The translations under genes and the position numbers were made by a program. DNA of 63,228 nt, filler included, from Octopus bimaculoides (taxonomy: Eukaryota): the NCBI RefSeq assembly GCF_001194135.2. It is 9 parts of 9 records of this genome, joined end to end, with 100 filler letters (N's around TTAATTAATTAA, not from the genome) between each part and the next. Parts side by side here need not be neighbours in the genome. Positions count along the whole stretch, not along the records: positions 9,420 to 17,497 come from NC_068992.1; positions 17,598 to 23,929 come from NC_068988.1; positions 24,030 to 30,188 come from NC_068990.1; 6 more parts are not named here. One strand, 5' to 3'. The notes beneath the pieces are model-generated. The model worked only from the letters and a program-made list of their open reading frames with translations, was not told the origin of the DNA and made no database searches. Of this stretch, positions 14,831-27,971 are shown in pieces (the stretch's first letter is position 1; the number at the start of each line of letters is the position of its first letter).

Positions 14831-15791
14831 NNNNNNNNNNNNNNNNNNNNNNNNNNNNNNNNNNNNNNNNNNNNNNNNNNNNNNNNNNNNNNNNNNNNNN
14901 NNNNNNNNNNNNNNNNNNNNNNNNNNNNNNNNNNNNNNNNNNNNNNNNNNNNNNNNNNNNNNNNNNNNNNNNNNNNNNNNNNNNNNNNNNNNNNNNNNNN
15001 NNNNNNNNNNNNNNNNNNNNNNNNNNNNNNNNNNNNNNNNNNNNNNNNNNNNNNNNNNNNNNNNNNNNNNNNNNNNNNNNNNNNNNNNNNNNNNNNNNNN
15101 NNNNNNNNNNNNNNNNNNNNNNNNNNNNNNNNNNNNNNNNNNNNNNNNNNNNNNNNNNNNNNNNNNNNNNNNNNNNNNNNNNNNNNNNNNNNNNNNNNNN
15201 NNNNNNNNNNNNNNNNNNNNNNNNNNNNNNNNNNNNNNNNNNNNNNNNNNNNNNNNNNNNNNNNNNNNNNNNNNNNNNNNNNNNNNNNNNNNNNNNNNNN
15301 NNNNNNNNNNNNNNNNNNNNNNNNNNNNNNNNNNNNNNNNNNNNNNNNNNNNNNNNNNNNNNNNNNNNNNNNNNNNNNNNNNNNNNNNNNNNNNNNNNNN
15401 NNNNNNNNNNNNNNNNNNNNNNNNNNNNNNNNNNNNNNNNNNNNNNNNNNNNNNNNNNNNNNNNNNNNNNNNNNNNNNNNNNNNNNNNNNNNNNNNNNNN
15501 NNNNNNNNNNNNNNNNNNNNNNNNNNNNNNNNNNNNNNNNNNNNNNNNNNNNNNNNNNNNNNNNNNNNNNNNNNNNNNNNNNNNNNNNNNNNNNNNNNNN
15601 NNNNNNNNNNNNNNNNNNNNNNNNNNNNNNNNNNNNNNNNNNNNNNNNNNNNNNNNNNNNNNNNNNNNNNNNNNNNNNNNNNNNNNNNNNNNNNNNNNNN
15701 NNNNNNNNNNNNNNNNNNNNNNNNNNNNNNNNNNNNNNNNNNNNNNNNNNNNNNNNNNNNNNNNNNNNNNNNNNNNNNNNNNNNNNNNNNC

Positions 15792-15988
15792 AAATGTTTG
15801 TGTACACTTAAGCTCGTTCTCTCCATCAGATCGACATTACCTGTACAGGTGCAACGGGTGTCACATGTCAGATGATAAAATGATCGCAGAGCAACGTGAA
15901 ATGAAGTGCTTTGCTCGAGAACACAACGCAATGCCAGGTCTGGGAATCGAACCCAACGATCTCGCAATCTTAACCACTGAGCCATGCG
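15792..15988 (-). mobile_element. tRNA-derived CORE-like SINE fragment
   Basis: Minus strand reads gcgcatggctcagtggttaag...gggttcgattccc...gtgttctcgagcaaagcacttcat. A related + copy lies at about 20915-21035. Confidence 0.7.
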
Positions 15989-16154
15989 CAATGTGTTACC
16001 AAAAAGGAAAACTATAATTATCCCTAAATATGACTAGGGTGTTCGAACACCTACATTGCTAGAAATAAGAGCTTAAATACTCTAATGCTGTATTTAGAGC
16101 ACATAATTGTATACATATATACTGACAGGGATTGTAATCGCCTGAAAATACCGG

Positions 16155-16223
16155 TCGAGAACTTCCTATACTGATCGGTTAGTTTCGATTAATTCCGTAG
16201 CCTCATCAGTAGGGAGCGCTCAA
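16155..16223 (-). ncRNA. Type I hammerhead ribozyme motif (intact catalytic core)
   Basis: Minus strand reads UUGAG-CG-CUCCCUA CUGAUGA GGCUACGGAAUUAAUC GAAA CUAACCGAUCAG UA|UAGGAAG-UU-CUCGA. It has the CUGAUGA and GAAA core, a G10.1-C11.1 pair, stem III ACU/AGU, a GUA triplet and an extended stem I. Predicted cleavage between 16169 and 16168. Confidence 0.8.
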
Positions 16224-16301
16224 TTCGGCTGATTCCGGACTCAATTCTCTCAGTACATATGTATCCACTATAAAAATCAATGAATTATTTAGCGTATCAC
16301 C

Positions 16302-16364
<63 letters not shown>

Positions 16365-17597
16365 CGTATATGTGCCTGTGTGTGTCTGTCTTACAAATGT
16401 AGTAGCTACAGCATAATCAGTAACTAGAGAATAGTTGAGAACAGCCCTGTAGAAACAGGTGATTTTTTTTTGTTACAAGGCGTTACGGTCTTAACCATAG
16501 ACCGATAAATAATGACCGGCAAATTAAGCATTGTTATGCGTTTTGTATCTTTTACTCTACTGACCAACGCACAGTGACGTATCAAAACGGTTAACAAGGG
16601 GAGCGACCGCTACCCACGAGTACATTTTTCAAATTTGGCATCTTTTATAAATATGTATAATCAATCAGGTAAAAATCGTTTGAGGAATTTCAACCATGTT
16701 TCGTGGTCTGCTACCACAACAGCTCCTTTATAGGATCCAGTTAGCTGAAGACATCATCAGGAGGAACCACGTCCGGTTTCGGCCCCTACTCCTCTACCGT
16801 TTTGACGTGGCGGGGCCACCCCCTTTCGGAGGTGTCTTCAGCTCTGGTGTTGGGTGCATGTCTTCTTTCACTGTTTGTGACTGTTCTAATTCAACTGTGG
16901 AATGTCCCTCGCTATGGTTATTTTCCAGGAGGTTCTGGCCACACGTCTTACGGTCGAGCATTATGAATAATTTCTAGAAAATATCTGGAAGTAATGCTGA
17001 TGCTATTGAGAATTACTATTAGTTCCCGCTAAGCTGTACTCGCACGAAAGTACAAAAGCAGGACATGTCTTAGATGTGACAGTACATTGTTTATGCTATT
17101 TTACATCCAATTTTTATATCATATTTTTATATTTCTTCTACTCCTTGTTACGACACATTTTTGTTATTTTGGTTTTCATTCTTTCTCCTCCTTCTCCTCC
17201 TACTCTCTTCCTTCATCTTATACTCCACTCCTTCTCCTTCTATTTCTTCTTTCACCCATTCTCTTCTCCCTCCTCCGGATGTGGTCGGAAGCTTCTGGAC
17301 AGCTTTTTTTCTTTCTTAGGTCAAGCTCTCATCAAGTTCAAGTACTACTCAAAGATGAGGGAGAGAGATAGGTACTACTATTAAGAGAATTTTATGAAAG
17401 GCGGGTCAGAATGACGAAACTGGTGTAGCTAAGCGGGCCTACACTAACTATACCGTTGTATATTAGGGGGGAGAGTGAGGAGAGGCAGAAAGCATTTNNN
17501 NNNNNNNNNNNNNNNNNNNNNNNNNNNNNNNNNNNNNNNNNTTAATTAATTAANNNNNNNNNNNNNNNNNNNNNNNNNNNNNNNNNNNNNNNNNNNN

Positions 17598-17824
17598 AGG
17601 CTGACCCTTTGAATTACAGACACAACAGAAACAGGAAGAAAGAGTGAGAGAAAGTTGTGGTGAAAGAGTACAGCAGGGTTCGCCGCCACCACCACCCTGC
17701 CGGAGCCTCGTGGAACTTTAGGTGTTTTCGCTCAATAAACACTCACAACGCCCGGTCTGGGAATCGAAACTGCGATCCTATGACCGCGAATCCGCTGTCC
17801 TAACCACTGGGCCATTGCGCCTCC
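17598..17824 (-). mobile_element. SINE S1 5' half
   Basis: Reverse complement of 22499-22720. Confidence 0.85.
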
Positions 17825-20800
17825 ACTCTGTCTACCAAATTTCGCTCAAAATGACTTTGATTGCCTATACTCGAGTAGAAACCACTTGATCACTTAATAC
17901 GCTACGGAATCGATCGAGGAATCATATGATTACATAGAAGTTCTTACCGACTCTAACATAATTCTCAGTTTCATTTTCCTTTTTGTTTTCTGTTTGCTTC
18001 ACTAACTTTTCTTCCTTTCTCTCATCCTCTTTATCATCATCAGTATTAGCATCAGCATCACCATTGTCTCCATCCTCATTATTTTCTTTATCGTTAACAT
18101 TTTATCCAGCTGACATCAGTCACTGTGATATACCAGATATCTTGTTTAACCACTCCTCTTTACGTTGGTTCTTTCTTCTGAAATTTGAGACATTTCAAAG
18201 CCTATTTTTTGCTTGTTGATTTATATTTATATGTTTATTGAAGTTTTGTTGAAACACTTGGATTGCCTGTCTTTCTGAAACGTGCTTTGGAGGAAGAAAG
18301 TGCTTGCTTCTGACGCAGAACTTTGAATGAAAAAGCAATTTCACGTCAAAAATAACTGAAGAAAAAACTACAAATACATAGAAACACGGATACGTAGACG
18401 AACAGACACAGAGCCAGATAAACAGATAGATTGATACATACATACATACATACATACATGTAAAATATGCACATATACACACATGTGTATGTATATGTAT
18501 GAATGAACGTATGCATGTATAGGCACAGAAACAGACAGAGAGGTAGACAGATAAATGCATACATACATACATACATACATACATACATACATACATACAT
18601 ACATGCATGCATGCATGAATACATGNNNNNNNNNNNNNNNNNNNNNNNNNNNNNNNNNNNNNNNNNNNNNNNNNNNNNNNNNNNNNNNNNNNNNNNNNNN
18701 NNNNNNNNNNNNNNNNNNNNNNNNNNNNNNNNNNNNNNNNNNNNNNNNNNNNNNNNNNNNNNNNNNNNNNNNNNNNNNNNNNNNNNNNNNNNNNNNNNNN
18801 NNNNNNNNNNNNNNNNNNNNNNNNNNNNNNNNNNNNNNNNNNNNNNNNNNNNNNNNNNNNNNNNNAGATAGATAAATGCATACATACATACATACATACA
18901 TACATACATGCATACATACATATAAAATATACACATATACATATATACACACATACACAGATGTGTATGTATATGTACGTATGAATGAACGTATGCATGT
19001 ATAGGCACAGAAACAGACAGAGACAGAGAGCGAGAGGTAGATAGATAAATGCATACATACATACATACATACATACATACATACATACATACATACATGC
19101 ATGCATGCATGAATACATGCCTGCATGCAAAAGGATTGAAGAAATAAATGAGAAAGACTTAGAAACGTACTACATATACATCAGTAAAATTAAAATAAAT
19201 TTCAAAACTGCTTTTCTGTTTTGTTTTGCTTTTTTGTTTTGTGTGTGGTTTTTGTATTTTGTTGAGTTTTTTTTTTTTAATAAAGTGGTGATGATAAAGA
19301 TAGGGAGAGGGTACTTAGGTAATAAAAATAAAATATCAGGAGTCAGAAGAGAGTGAGTAGGAGAGAGAGGGAGACAATGTTAACGAACGTAGGAAAAAAG
19401 TGCGCCAAGTTAAAAAGTTGGAGAGGAAAAATGGGCAAAAAAAAAGCAGCAGAAAATTTTGACCGACGATATTATGCGTGTGTGCGAGACTTGTTTGCTA
19501 GTATTTGTGCGTGTGTGTTTGTGTGTGTGTGTGATTGTGTGCGCACGCGTGTGTGTATGTGTAAGTGCGTATAACTGAGAGAGAGAGAGAGAAACAATGA
19601 GAGAATTACTACATGTCTATGCTTATATATCGTAGCTATCAATCTCACTTTCTTGCCAACCTCTGCACACACGCGCGCGCGCGCACACTCACTCACACAC
19701 ACACACACACACACATTATATTATGCATATATATATATATATATATATATATANNNNNNNNNNNNNNNNNNNNNNNNNNNNNNNNNNNNNNNNNNNNNNN
19801 NNNNNNNNNNNNNNNNNNNNNNNNNNNNNNNNNNNNNNNNNNNNNNNNNNNNNNNNNNNNNNNNNNNNNNNNNNNNNNNNNNNNNNNNNNNNNNNNNNNN
19901 NNNNNNNNNNNNNNNNNNNNNNNNNNNNNNNNNNNNNNNNNNNNNNNNNNNNNNNNNNNNNNNNNNNNNNNNNNNNNNNNNNNNNNNNNNNNNNNNNNNN
20001 NNNNNNNNNNNNNNNNNNNNNNNNNNNNNNNNNNNNNNNNNNNNNNNNNNNNNNNNNNNNNNNNNNNNNNNNNNNNNNNNNNNNNNNNNNNNNNNNNNNN
20101 NNNNNNNNNNNNNNNNNNNNNNNNNNNNNNNNNNNNNNNNNNNNNNNNNNNNNNNNNNNNNNNNNNNNNNNNNNNNNNNNNNNNNNNNNNNNNNNNNNNN
20201 NNNNNNNNNNNNNNNNNNNNNNNNNNNNNNNNNNNNNNNNNAGGAAGGAAAACAAAAGAAAGAAAGAAACCTCGATATTATGTAAATAGAGCAACTTATC
20301 TGTGAAAATATGTGACACTTATTCGGTAGCCATGATAAAACTCAGAGTTTCGGATTCCGGGGTGGGACCCCACGCCAACATCTCTTCAGTTATCCGGCCA
20401 TTGAAAATTCCTGTGAAAAATGACCGTTAAACAAAGGGAAATTACTGTGTGGTTGGCCGTCATTAAGACAAAAGAGCTGTAGACCGCTAAGTAAGTGGAG
20501 GTGGTAAAAGTAAGGGAGTAGAGAGGTCTATAGTGTTCGCGTAAGCGCACCAATCCGTACATTCGCCTATATCTATATACTAAACCACCCTCGCTTCAAA
20601 CACACATTCTCACCCACATACTCGCCAAAAACTATACATATATGTACATATACATATATATTCCCGCGTACACACCCACACACACACACGCACACAACAA
20701 CCTTGCACCCATACACCCGCACGGAAAAAAATTTTTTTAGGACTAAAAGCAAAAACAAAAGAAAGTGTGAGAAAGCTATCAGGTTAAAACGCGTCTAATA

Positions 20801-20852
20801 TGCGCATATTTTCGCATGCACGCACATACATCTGTATACGCACGTACCCGCA

Positions 20853-20891
<39 letters not shown>

Positions 20892-21242
20892 NNNNNNNNN
20901 NTATATATATATATATATGCACTCACGTTCTAGTGATTGTGAGTTCAATTCTGAAATCGGGTGCTATGGTGTGTTATTGAGCAAAACACTTCATCTCACG
21001 TTGCTCTGTGATCACTTCGACACCTGACGCGCGGCACACAAACAACATCGATTTGATAAAGAGGGGGAGCTAATGGTGTGGCACATGCATTTAATCACTA
21101 TCAGCAAACCATTTGTGAAGGTCGTTCACCAAAAAGTTGAACGTTCATACGTCACACAAATATATACATATATATGTGCGTGTATATATGTATATGTGTG
21201 TGTGCATGTGTCTGTATGTGTGCGTGCGTGTGCGCATAGATT

Positions 21243-21655
21243 TATTCTTTTACACTTTTACTTGTTTCAGTCATGTGACTGCGGCCATGCTGGAGCACCG
21301 CCTTTAGTCGATCAAATCGACCTCAGGACTTATTCTTTGTAAGCCTAGTACTTATTCTATCGGGCTCTTTTGCCGAACCTCTAAATTACGGGGACGTAAA
21401 CACACAAGTATCGGTTGTCAAGCGATGTTGGGGAGACAAATACAGACACACAAACATATACACACACACACACATATATACATATACATATATACGACGG
21501 GCTTTTAAGTTTCCGTCTACCAAATCCACTCACAGAGCTTGGGTCGGACCGAGGTTATAGTAGAAGACACTTGCCCAAGGTGCCACGTAGTGGGGCTGAA
21601 CCCAGAACCATGTGGCTGGTAAGCAAGCTACTTACCACACAGCCACTCCTGTGCC
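21243..21655 (-). mobile_element. SINE S3 full-length copy
   Basis: Reverse complement of 54727-55152. Confidence 0.85.
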
Positions 21656-22150
21656 TATGTACATTTGTATATGTATGTATTTGTACATACCTGTATATGT
21701 ATACATTTGTGCATTAAGCATGTTGCTATGGATTAAATTTGTATATCGAGTCTTATTTTATTCTTCTAATGGTTTCAATAAACGTTAACGAAAGCGAAAT
21801 CAAAATTTAGAAATAGAAAAATAAAAATAAGATATAAATACATCATACAACTGTCTACACATACCACGTACTATTTCTATGTTGTATCTTTACAGTGTTT
21901 GTTTATTTTTAACGTAATTCCAATACATGTAACGACCTAAAAACTAATGCTACAACAAGCCACGATGTTAAAATAAAATACGAAGTTAGCGCTATGAAAA
22001 TAAAAAAGATACAATATCTAAAAACAGAAACATTGAAATGCTTTTCATCATGGAAATACTTCCACACCATGGATGTTAGTGAACATGATACCAGCATGGT
22101 TTATACATAACTTTGGAAAGCTGAATTTGACTTGTATTCATATATAATAA

Positions 22151-22202
22151 TCTACGACTTTACTGATGAGATGTAAAGATGCCGAAACATGCGCTAATAG
22201 AT
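22151..22202 (+). ncRNA. Degenerate hammerhead relic
   Basis: UUUA CUGAUGA GAUGU AAAG AUGCC GAAA CAUGCG-C UAA. Core boxes are present, but U16.1 is missing and stem II is partly mismatched. Confidence 0.4.
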
Positions 22203-22305
22203 AACAGGGTGAGGGGAGCAATTTTTAATGCCTAAATTTGACTGGATTTCAAACTTAGCCCAGTTAAACTAAAGCGTTTGACCCGAGCAAAAAAAAAACA
22301 AAACA

Positions 22306-22495
22306 AAAATAGTGTAATAGGTGTAAAAAAACTTGCTCTAAACGAATATGAAAAAACAAAACAATGCGCACTCGCGAAGGGTGGATGGGATGAGGACTCG
22401 GAAAATTCACATCGTTAGACCATGGCCTTCGCGAGCGGGCGTTTTTTTAAATATTCGTTTAGAGCAAGTTGTTTTATACCTATTACACTATTTTT
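22306..22495. mobile_element. Fold-back MITE (~70-bp arms)
   Basis: 22306-22380 is an imperfect reverse complement of 22426-22495 (aaaatagtgtaatagg...acttgctctaaacgaatat...ctcgcgaagg). Confidence 0.7.
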
Positions 22496-22498
22496 CGT

Positions 22499-22880
22499 GG
22501 AGGCGCAATGGCCCAGTGGTTAGGGCAGCGGACTCGCGGTCATAGGATCGCAGTTTCGATTCCCAGACCGGGCGTTGTGAGTGTTTATTGAGCGAAAACA
22601 CCTAAAGCTCCACGAGGCTCTGCCAGGGGATGGTGGCGAACCCTGCTGTACTCTTTCACCACAACTTTCTCTCACTCTTACTTCCTGTTTCTGTTGTGCC
22701 TGTAATTCAAAGGGTCAGCCTTGTCACACTGTGTCACGCTGAATATCCTCGAGAACTACGTTAAGGGTATACGTGTTTGTGGTGTACTCAGCCACTTGCA
22801 CGTTAATTTCACGAGCAGGCTGTTCCATTGATGTATCAGCTGGAACCCTTGACGTCGTAAGCAACGGAGTGCCTACAACA
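22499..22880 (+). mobile_element. Full-length tRNA-derived SINE (family S1)
   Basis: A box TGGCCCAGTGG and B box GTTTCGATTCC. Partial copies at 17598-17824 (-) and 38580-38793 (+). Confidence 0.85.
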
Positions 22881-24029
22881 ACATCATTTTAACGATCCCT
22901 AAATTATGACAGGAATGCTAACTTCGGTGGGAGTTGAACTTAGAATGTTCAGCAGAAGAAAGGTTGCTAATTATTTTGTCCTGAATGCTAACGATTTTGC
23001 TAGTTCGGCGCTTCGGGCACGTTTATAAAATTTTATACTAATAAGCCCAGGGCCTCAAATTTTGCAGAACGGGCTTGTCCATGACTTCAGTAAAGATACT
23101 AAATTTAACTAAATGTTGAAATGCAAAGTCGAAAGTCGACCTTTGCGGAATTTGAAATCAGAATTTAAAGCGGAAGAAACGCGGCTGAGCATTTTGTCCG
23201 GCGTACTAAGATTTTGCCAGATCGTCGCCTCAGGCACTTTGATAAACAAACTACAGAATATTAAACTTTTATAGGATTTGAACTTTTAGCCTTTAGTGAG
23301 TACAATAACTAACTCATTTTACACACCCCACCACCTCCAAAGAATATAAAAAGCGTGATATAAAAAAGAGTGAGAAATTCTGAGTTAGTCTACTTGATGG
23401 AGGGCAAAAATGACATGCTATGTCAATAATTAAAAAGAATAAGAACCTACTATACGAATATTTAGAAATTTAGTGAATGAGAAGTAGAAAAAATATTTTC
23501 CAATATTACAAAATTGAAATTAGTTATACAGAAATGTTCAGTAAATGGCTAAAAGGCAATGCAGATTCTAAACATTTAAACATGATAACGGAATCAATTG
23601 GCTGTTAGTTAAATTCAAATAACACGAATTTCTTCCATATATAGAACAATACCAAATTTCTTATTTCAGTTTTCTTTGTATTGTAATTGTATTTTTTTCC
23701 TGAAGATTTACATTGTTTTACGTTTTATGCTTTTTCATTGTATTATTTAATGTAATGTATAACCACGCATTTCTCTACCTCTCTCTCTCCCCCTCTCTTT
23801 CTCTTTCTCTCCCTTTACTTTTTTCCTTCTCACTCTCTTTCAAAACCTCTCTCACTTTAAATACAATTATTATAGACACCTAAGCACACACACACGTACG
23901 TCCATACATATATGCATACTTGTATATATNNNNNNNNNNNNNNNNNNNNNNNNNNNNNNNNNNNNNNNNNNNNTTAATTAATTAANNNNNNNNNNNNNNN
24001 NNNNNNNNNNNNNNNNNNNNNNNNNNNNN

Positions 24030-24207
24030 GATCCACAATGAGCAGAACTTACCTGCAGGTATTGGTAGTACAAATCAGAGGTGCAATCTGTGTGGGTGTT
24101 TTTTCAAAACATTGTCTGATTTAAAAAGCTACATCAGACGCCATGAAAGGGCTAAGGTGTAGATGCAGGAGGTGGTCAAACTCTGTGTAAGGAGTAGACA
24201 ACCACCA
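24030..24207 (+). mobile_element. RTE-clade LINE 3' end
   Basis: CNLCGCFFKTLSDLKSYIRRHERAKV* resembles the terminal zinc finger of RTE ORFs. A short 3' UTR runs into (TATG)n. Confidence 0.6.
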
Positions 24208-24313
24208 TGTATGTATGTATGTATGTATGAATGTATGTATGTATGTATGTGTGTATGTGTGTATGTATGTATGCATGTGTGTATGTATGTGTTTGCGTGT
24301 GTATGTATATTTG

Positions 24314-24498
24314 TACGAAGGGTGCTGAAAAGTTCCTGGCTTTATGGGCATGATGAAAGGACTGGTTGGAGGTCCTTTGTGGGGCTTAGAAGAACTGAAG
24401 GAACGCTACCATAAGTATGTGAATCTGAGCAGGGAATATGTTGAATAAAATCATATTTAACTGATCCTCCTGCATTTTCTTTTACCAATATACCCTCC
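24314..24498. mobile_element. Mariner-derived MITE
   Basis: Terminus TACGAAGGGTGCTGAAAAGTTCCTGGCT. Homologous, in inverted orientation, to 58919-59133. Confidence 0.65.
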
Positions 24499-25669
24499 TA
24501 TGTGCATGAACGTACGAACGTATGTATGCATGTATGTATGTATGTATGTATGTAAATTATTATCTAGTTTTTTTTTCAAGAAGCCTTGTGAGTAGATTTG
24601 GTAGACGGAAACTGAAACAAGCCTGTCGTATATATGTTTGTTGTTTATAGTTTCAGCTCAGAGCTGCGGCCATGCTGATGCACCGCCGTGGAAATATCAA
24701 CGTCGCCATCTATGTCTCTGTATGTGTGTCTGTGTTTGTCCCCCCAACATCGCTTGACAACCAATGCTGGTGTGTTTACGTCCCCGTAACCTAGCGGTTC
24801 GGCAAATGAGACCGATAGAATAAGTACTAGGCTTNNNNNNNNNNNNNNNNNNNNNNNNNNNNNNNNNNNNNNNNNNNNNNNNNNNNNNNNNNNNNNNNNN
24901 NNNNNNNNNNNNNNNNNNNNNNNNNNNNNNNNNNNNNNNNNNNNNNNNNNNNNNNNNNNNNNNNNNNNNNNNNNNNNNNNNNNNNNNNNNNNNNNNNNNN
25001 NNNNNNNNNNNNNNNNNNNNNNNNNNNNNNNNNNNNNNNNNNNNNNNNNNNNNNNNNNNNNNNNNNNNNNNNNNNNNNNNNNNNNNNNNNNNNNNNNNNN
25101 NNNNNNNNNNNNNNNNNNNNNNNNNNNNNNNNNNNNNNNNNNNNNNNNNNNNNNNNNNNNNNNNNNNNNNNNNNNNNNNNNNNNNNNNNNNNNNNNNNNN
25201 NNNNNNNNNNNNNNNNNNNNNNNNNNNNNNNNNNNNNNNNNNNNNNNNNNNNNNNNNNNNNNNNNNNNNNNNNNNNNNNNNNNNNNNNNNNNNNNNNNNN
25301 NNNNNNNNNNNNNNNNNNNNNNNNNNNNNNNNNNNNNNNNNNNNNNNNNNNNNNNNNNNNNNNNNNNNNNNNNNNNNNNNNNNNNNNNNNNNNNNNNNNN
25401 NNNNNNNNNNNNNNNNNNNNNNNNNNNNNNNNNNNNNNNNNNNNNNNNNNNNNNNNNNNNNNNNNNNNNNNNNNNNNNNNNNNNNNNNNNNNNNNNNNNN
25501 NNNNNNNNNNNNNNNNNNNNNNNNNNNNNNNNNNNNNNNNNNNNNNNNNNNNNNNNNNNNNNNNNNNNNNNNNNNNNNNNNNNNNNNNNNNNNNNNNNNN
25601 NNNNNNNNNNNNNNNNNNNNNNNNNNNNNNNNNNNNNNNNNNNNNNNNNNNNNNNNNNNNNNNNNNNNN

Positions 25670-25700
<31 letters not shown>

Positions 25701-25942
25701 ATATATATATATATACATATAAAATTTACAGAAAACAAAAGACGAAGAAAGGTGTAGGACTAATAATCGGGAGTGTTAGTTTAACGCTCGGCAAAAATGG
25801 AAATATCTTTTATGTTTCGAGACTATGCTCTTTGACAGAAAAGAGGAAGAGGAAAAAATGGAGAGAGAATAAAATGAACAGAGTTTAACGGTCCAACATG
25901 GCGAGATGACAGGAAAAAAAAAAGAGGCTGAATGAAAAGGAG

Positions 25943-26006
<64 letters not shown>

Positions 26007-26169
26007 CAACAACAACAATAATAATGATAATAACGGTAATGGTGACCATAACGAACTAAGGTGCACAAGCGTGTGCGTGTATGTTAGAATGGTGTGTGTG
26101 AGTGTGCATGTGTCAGTGGGAACGAGTCTAACGTATGTATGTATGAGTGTGCGTGCGTGTGTGTGTGTA

Positions 26170-26203
<34 letters not shown>

Positions 26204-27758
26204 TGAGTGTGTGTGTGTGTGTGAGTGAGTGTGTGTATGTGTGTGTGTGTGTGTCTGTGACCAAATAGTGTGCATGTGTATAGTTTATGTTTATGGGCGA
26301 AAGTTATCTTTGTGTGTATGTATATATTGTGTGCGTTCAGGTATTATGAGCTNNNNNNNNNNNNNNNNNNNNNNNNNNNNNNNNNNNNNNNNNNNNNNNN
26401 NNNNNNNNNNNNNNNNNNNNNNNNNNNNNNNNNNNNNNNNNNNNNNNNNNNNNNNNNNNNNNNNNNNNNNNNNNNNNNNNNNNNNNNNNNNNNNNNNNNN
26501 NNNNNNNNNNNNNNNNNNNNNNNNNNNNNNNNNNNNNNNNNNNNNNNNNNNNNNNNNNNNNNNNNNNNNNNNNNNNNNNNNNNNNNNNNNNNNNNNNNNN
26601 NNNNNNNNNNNNNNNNNNNNNNNNNNNNNNNNNNNNNNNNNNNNNNNNNNNNNNNNNNNNNNNNNNNNNNNNNNNNNNNNNNNNNNNNNNNNNNNNNNNN
26701 NNNNNNNNNNNNNNNNNNNNNNNNNNNNNNNNNNNNNNNNNNNNNNNNNNNNNNNNNNNNNNNNNNNNNNNNNNNNNNNNNNNNNNNNNNNNNNNNNNNN
26801 NNNNNNNNNNNNNNNNNNNNNNNNNNNNNNNNNNNNNNNNNNNNNNNNNNNNNNNNNNNNNNNNNNNNNNNNNNNNNNNNNNNNNNNNNNNNNNNNNNNN
26901 NNNNNNNNNNNNNNNNNNNNNNNNNNNNNNNNNNNNNNNNNNNNNNNNNNNNNNNNNNNNNNNNNNNNNNNNNNNNNNNNNNNNNNNNNNNNNNNNNNNN
27001 NNNNNNNNNNNNNNNNNCATTGAGACCTATATAGAGATTGGATTGTTCATATTCAGTCCGCTGCCGGATAAAGACCTCAGCATGTTCTCCCCAACCAGGG
27101 TCTGATATTGAGGTTGTGAACTTGCGCCTGAGTTCATATTGGTTTGATGAACCTACTCTGTCACAGGGCTCGACATGACTTGGCGGAGTGGTGCAGTTTT
27201 TATACTCTTACAAGGGTGTAGTTAAGTCGATTACATGAACCCCTGTTCTCAACTAGTACTTATTTCATCAACACCGTAAGGGTGAAAGGCGAAGTCGGCA
27301 TCAGCAGAATTTGAACTCAGAATGTAAGGACGGACAAAATACCGCTAAGTATTTCGGTCATTGTGCTAACGAATCTGTCAGCCTGTCGCCTTATCGATGC
27401 CTATAAATATATATATGTTTTATTAATAATCGACAGAAGTTACTGAGTGGCTCAAAAGACGATAGCTTCGTGGATTCATAAGAGACAAGGCACGAATGTC
27501 TGAACCCTTACGTCACTCTGCAACTTCTGCCGAGTAGTAATACACATATTTATAAATAAATGTATGTATGTGTGTGTGTATGTATGTGTGTATGTATGTG
27601 TGTATGTATGTGTGTATGTATGTGTGTGTGAGTGTGTGTGTGTGTGTACATGCCTTTATTCACAGGTTGAGTTCGATTCTTCCTGTTTGCATTACCGCAC
27701 CGATATGTTAGAGTGAGTATGGTATACACACACGCAGAGACGCACGCGCGCACACACA

Positions 27759-27799
<41 letters not shown>

Positions 27800-27833
27800 C
27801 ACAAAGACACTCACCCATATAATATATATATAT

Positions 27834-27877
<44 letters not shown>

Positions 27878-27912
27878 GTATGTANNNNNNNNNNCATATA
27901 ATATATATATAT

Positions 27913-27971
<59 letters not shown>

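Noticed and set aside
18370-19125. ~250-bp direct duplication either side of an N gap
   Set aside because: Microsatellite-rich and split by a gap, so it could be a contig-end overlap or haplotype artefact. The same applies to 58299-58375 and 27820-27980.
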